DNA from: Octopus bimaculoides
Taxonomy: Eukaryota
NCBI RefSeq assembly: GCF_001194135.2
Contig: NC_069000.1
Coordinates: forward strand, 14,188,325 to 14,223,467
Length of the DNA stretch: 35,143 nucleotides
Reading direction: 5' to 3'
Part shown: positions 30,851 through 35,143 of the stretch, one piece after another
Layout of the letters: every line of letters starts with the position of its first letter
Position numbering within the stretch: position 1 is the first letter of the stretch
Position numbers and translations under genes: made by a program
Notes under the pieces: model-generated
The model's input: the letters and a program-made list of their open reading frames with translations, nothing else
Told to the model about the DNA's origin: nothing
The model's database searches: none

Positions 30851-31411
30851 AGCTTTCAGTCCATTTTTGCCTACAAGGTTTGGGTCAACTCAAGGCTATG
30901 GAATAACAAATGCACCTAAGTTGCCAAGCAGTGAGATAGAATCCAGAACTTCGTAAACTCCTGGACCATTTGGCTATACTGCATCTAGCTTTTAGTCTGT
31001 TTTCGCCTACAAGGTTTGGGTCAACCTAAGGCTATGGGGATAAAACATTCACCTAAGATGACAAGAAGTGAGATCAAATTCAGGACTTTGTCATTGCATA
31101 ACAAACTCCATTTGGCCACACTGCAGCTAGTTTTCAATTCATTTTTGCACCCAAGGCTATGGGGAAAACACATTCACCTAAGATGCCAAGCAGGGAGACT
31201 GAATCCAGGACTTTGTGATTGCATGGCAAACTCCTGAACCATTTGGTCACACTACATCTAGCTTTCAGTCCATTTTTTGCCCACAAAGCTTGGGTCAACC
31301 TAAGGCTATGAGATAAAATATTCACCTAAGATGCCAAGAAATGAGTTCAAATCCAGAATTTTGTGATTGCACAACAAACTCCTGGACCATTTGGCCACAT
31401 TGCATCTAGCT
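30851..31411 (-). repeat. Four-unit tandem array (131-148 bp units) derived from the family A SINE head
   Basis: Units start AGCTTTCAGTCC-like at 30851, 30987, 31129, 31260; each is colinear with the reverse complement of 17019-17175. Confidence 0.85.
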
Positions 31412-31453
31412 ATCTTTATTACCATTGACACAATTATGTTACTGATATTTGCT

Positions 31454-31670
31454 TTAATCCATTAGCATCCAGATTACTGTCAAATGTAATGCTTATTTAT
31501 TCACATTATTTTGAATTACTCATGCATCATATTCAGAGCTCAATGAATATTGACTGTTTATGTTTTGAATGACAGTGTTGAGTAGGTATGAGAGGTTGGA
31601 TCAGGCCAGTTGGAACATAAAACAGGAATATTTGGGCCAGATATGGCTAGTTTAAATACTAAAAGTTTAA
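31454..31670 (+). mobile_element. TTAA-flanked MITE, diverged copy
   Basis: Colinear with 28593-28819 (CAGATTAC-TGTCAAATGTAATGCTTATTTATTCACATT...GGCCAGATATGGCTAGTTTAAATACTAAAAGTTTAA). Confidence 0.75.
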
Positions 31671-31816
31671 CAACCTTCTTCATCTGGTAGATTTTGGGGT
31701 CTGGTCATCATACAATCATGTGAGCATACTTAGAAATACCTATTCAAATTGAAGTGCTTTGACAAGCATTCTATTTTGTTGATCACATGAAGTCAATCCA
31801 GTCAAGTTCAATAATA

Positions 31817-32070
31817 GGCACAGGAGTGGCTGTGTGTTAAGTAGCTTGCTTATCAACCACATGGTTTGTGTGTCTATGTTTGTCAACCCCACCCACCACA
31901 CTTGACAGCCGATGTTGGTGTGTTTGTGTCCCCATAACTTCGCAGTTCAGCAACAGAGACCGATAGTATACGTACTGGGCTTACAAAGAATAGGTCCTGG
32001 GGTTGATTTGTTTGACTAACGACAGTACTCCAGCATGGCTGCAGTCAAATGACTGAAACAAATAAAAGAA
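31817..32070 (+). mobile_element. Family A SINE with large internal deletion (head fused to 3' half)
   Basis: GGCACAGGAGTGGCTGTGTG...CAACCACATGGTT joined directly to TGTGTGTCTATGTTTGT...CCAGCATGGCTGCAGTCAAATGACTGAAACAAATAAAAGAA. Confidence 0.8.
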
Positions 32071-32371
32071 TATATATATATACTCAAGTTCTTTCATCCA
32101 GGATGAACAGTTTCAGATATCCATTTCTAGTTTATTTTGGTTTGTTTTTTTAAGAGGTCACATGGTTTTTCTCAGAAAACATTTTGATAATATAATTTGA
32201 AAATTTAATAGAATAAATGAATTGCCATAAAAAAACACTTAGAGGCTAATTTTTCATAGAATTATTTGAAGTGCAATTAAGGATTCTAACCAGTCTTTTA
32301 TTTGTTATTGCAAATTTTTTTCGTCAGTTCAGTTTCATCAGATGTAAATACTTGCACTACTTGTTTTCCTT

Positions 32372-32590
32372 CCGTTTACTCTTTTACTTGTTTCAGTCAT
32401 TTGACTGCGGCCATGCTGGAGCACCGCCTTTAGTCAAGCAAATCGACCCCAGGACTTATTCGTTGTAAGCCTAGTACTTATTCTATCGGTCTCTTTTGCC
32501 GAACCGCTAAGTGACGGGGGACATAAACACACCACCATTGGTTGTCAAGCAATGTTGGGTGGAGGGGAACAAACACAGACATGCAAACAT

Positions 32591-32664
<74 letters not shown>

Positions 32665-32830
32665 GACAGGCTTCTTTCATTTTCCGTCGACCAAATCCAC
32701 CTACTCACAAGGCTTTGGTCAGTCCGAGGCTATAGTTGAAGACACTTGCCCAAGGAGCCACACAGTGGGAATGAACCCGGAACCATGTGGTTGGTAAGCA
32801 AGCTACTTACCACAGAGCCACTCATGCGCC
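32372..32830 (-). mobile_element. Full-length family A SINE: tRNA head, central (TA)n(TG)n microsatellite, 3' half
   Basis: Head 32665-32830, microsatellite about 32585-32662, 3' half 32372-32580. Confidence 0.9.
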
Positions 32831-33559
32831 TTGTTTATTTTTTTAATTTTTTTAAGTGAAGGTGTTTTGTTTGGTTTCATGTGCATTGGTCTTAGGTTTA
32901 TTTCATTTTCACTTGTTTCTTTTTACTTGAGTAATTTCCTACTCCAAAATATGAACGAAAACAAAACAAACTCATGCATGTTAATAAACATTGTTGTTTT
33001 AAAAAAAAATTATTTTAATAGATAGAGATTAAGGGGTAGAAATTTTATCATAATGGACTGAAATGTATTACATAGGGTACAGATTAATAATGATAGAGAT
33101 TATAGGATTAAATTACAATAAAATATTAATTCTTAGAACATGAAACTCAATCCTGAATACATGCTGATCAGATACAAATCCCTTATTACAGCCCTTATTC
33201 TTTCTTTTTTTAAAATTCAAATATGCTGTGCCAGTCTGGCACATGAGCTGTGATAAGATAATTATAATAAATTGATTCGTTTGCAGACAATCTGTTCTGT
33301 AATCTAGGGCTTATGGTCAGCTTCATTTGAGCTTTTCTTGTTGCCCTATCTGTCACCATTATTTAGCAAAATGTTATGAGTAAAATACCTGTAAGAATTT
33401 TATAGTGATGGATTTATCATAGTAAGGGAGTTTTTATTTGTATCAGATCCCCCCCCCCCCAAAGAAATAAAAAGATAAATTAGTGCTGGAAAGAGGACTT
33501 CAACAGAGCTTGGAATGGAGATGTCAGCTTTCAATGAAGAATCACTTGATTACCATTGT

Positions 33560-33782
33560 TTAATATTCTGTTATTCTATTCTATCACTTGTTTCGGTCAT
33601 TAGACAACAGCCATACTGGGGCATCACCTTGAAGAATTTTAGTGGAATAGATCAACCCCCAGCACTTATTTTTTTTAAGCCTGGTACTTATTCTATCAGT
33701 TTCTTTTGCTGAACCACTACGTTACAGGGATGTCAACACACCAACATTGATTGTCAAGTGGTGGACACACACACAGAGAAAC

Positions 33783-33815
<33 letters not shown>

Positions 33816-33990
33816 AATATATATATATACAACAGGGGTCTTTCAGCTTCCATCTACTGAATCCACTCACAAGGCTTCAGTTGGCCCAAACTATAGTAGT
33901 AAACACTAGCCCAAAGTGTCACACAGTGGGACTGAACCTGGAACCAAGTGGTTGGGAAGCAAACTTCTTACCACACATCCATGCCAGTGC
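33560..33990 (-). mobile_element. Older full-length family A SINE with central microsatellite
   Basis: Same three-part layout as 32372-32830, more diverged. Confidence 0.82.
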
Positions 33991-34029
33991 TTATATATAA
34001 TATGCTGTAAAACATTTGCCAAAAATAAG

Positions 34030-34225
34030 AAGCGCAACCAGCAGGTGACATTGGGGTAGACCATGGACAAGGTGACAGAGTAATATCCATGGTCTCAATA
34101 GGTCAGGTTCGGGAATCAAACCCAAAAGTGTAATGACAGTTGCTTCTGATAGGACCCTATGGAGAAGGTGCCTGAGGACTCAAACCCCATGACTCACCTA
34201 AATGAGCAGAGAAGGATGGATGGAA
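34030..34225 (+). mobile_element. Second RTE-clade LINE 3' fragment with (GGAT)n tail
   Basis: GRPWTR*QSNIHGLNRSGSGIKPKSVMTVASDRTLWRRCLRTQTP*, homologous to 16200-16420; ends GAAGGATGGATGG. Confidence 0.7.
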
Positions 34226-34366
34226 CATGCGCAACCTAAAACATCTCATAAATAAACACTCCTCCTCTGGTGCTGGAAAGAATCTAGCAGGTGAAGGGCA
34301 CAAAATAAAGATCCAAGAGAAGAAAAAAAAATAAATAAATAAAATCAAGATTTTTTAGGAAATTTA

Positions 34367-34584
34367 TAAATCCTTTAGCTTTTAAACTGGCTGTATCCAG
34401 CCTAAATATTCCACCTATTATTCTGTTCAAACCAGCCAGATCCCGCCTCTCACACCTACCTTACAATGTCATTCTAAGAAAAAATGATCACATCATTGGA
34501 ATTTCAAAGCTACCAGATAATGCATGATTAAGTCAAAACAACGTGAATAGATTTGACAGAGTAATCAGAATGTTCAAGAGTTAA
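34367..34584 (-). mobile_element. TTAA-flanked MITE, diverged reverse copy
   Basis: Reverse complement is colinear with 28593-28819. Confidence 0.72.
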
Positions 34585-34846
34585 ATACTCCAAATTAACC
34601 ACTTTTGCTAATTGCATCAAAGGAAATTATAAATTGAGAAAAAGCCTAAATTACCAAAGAAAAATATATGAAGGATATATTCTTAGATATTACTGGACAT
34701 TTATTTTCTGATTCCAATTACAAAAATAATATAATCAATAAACACAAAGAAATTCCTCTTTGGTAAGAACAATCAATGAAATAGCTATTTATATGGCATC
34801 AGATATTACTGAACAGCAAATCAAAAATATTAGTTCTACCTCAGTA

Positions 34847-34915
34847 TATAGGTCGTCATTGACTTAAGACCACAATTGGTTCTGACTGACTGGTCGTAAG
34901 TCGATTTCGTCAGAA
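34847..34915 (+). mobile_element. Possible Tigger/pogo-type transposon terminus
   Basis: TA|TAGGTCGTCATTGACTTAAGACCACAATTGG resembles the CAGGTAGTCCTCGACTTACGACC terminal motif (from memory); partner end not seen. Confidence 0.45.
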
Positions 34916-35028
34916 GTCAGCCTCTAGGTCTACATGGTTTTGTTTTATATTTTGACATTCTTAAGGGACATTTTCAGGTAAAAGTCACACACAGCATTCT
35001 GTGTTATACTATTATACTGGCGTTAGGG

Positions 35029-35029
<1 letters not shown>

Positions 35030-35074
<45 letters not shown>

Positions 35075-35143
35075 ATGCATGTGCATGTGTGAAAGTGTGT
35101 GTGTGTGTGTGTGTGTGTGCATGCATGTGCATGTGTGAAAGTG
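35030..35143. repeat. Compound (TG)n microsatellite with duplicated GCATGCATGTGCATGTGTGAAAGTG unit
   Basis: Directly visible. Other long microsatellites: (TA)n about 525-576, 4580-4810, 11980-12020, 12357-12383, 15352-15379, 17595-17640, 17820-17866, 20665-20695. Confidence 0.92.

Noticed and set aside
495-33999. Many ORF-track entries with YIYIYI, CVCVCV, THTHTH or X runs
   Set aside because: They are translations of microsatellites, SINEs and N gaps, with no splice or homology support.
34655-34707. Possible upstream SIDT exon (NKCPVISKNISFIYFSL) ending in phase 0
   Set aside because: Weak acceptor and no convincing similarity to the expected N-terminal segment.
1-35143. CRISPR array, operon or other prokaryotic defence system
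   Set aside because: The sequence is an intron-rich eukaryotic gene. The tandem repeats (28201, 30851, 16271) have no unique spacers and there are no cas-like ORFs.

Overview
AT-rich, microsatellite-rich animal genomic DNA with three N gaps. The repeat families suggest an octopus or other cephalopod, which is an inference. Most of the window is a spliced SID-1 transmembrane family gene (SIDT1/SIDT2/CHUP-1 type) on the minus strand. I reconstructed 22 well-supported GT-AG coding exons plus one candidate cassette exon between 29995 and the TGA stop at 2599-2601. Intron phases match throughout, giving 737 aa without the cassette exon and 758 or 768 aa with it. The start codon and signal-peptide exon(s) were not found and probably lie right of the window. 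The SxxxH and HxxxH zinc-site motifs are intact. The introns hold several tRNA-derived SINE families that share heads and cores but swap tails, TTAA-flanked (piggyBac-type) MITEs, a Merlin-like MITE with internal TTAGGG repeats, a fold-back element, a Tc1/mariner transposase relic, RTE and CR1/L2-type LINE 3' fragments, and a SINE-derived satellite. I found no prokaryotic-type system. The most notable signals are the inverted-repeat (dsRNA-forming) structures in this pre-mRNA, including a young ~95% identical inverted SINE pair bracketing exons 2-8, a candidate alternative exon with tandem in-frame acceptors, and the modular SINE architecture. Exon numbers count only exons visible in this window. 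Repeat boundaries were set by eye and are approximate.
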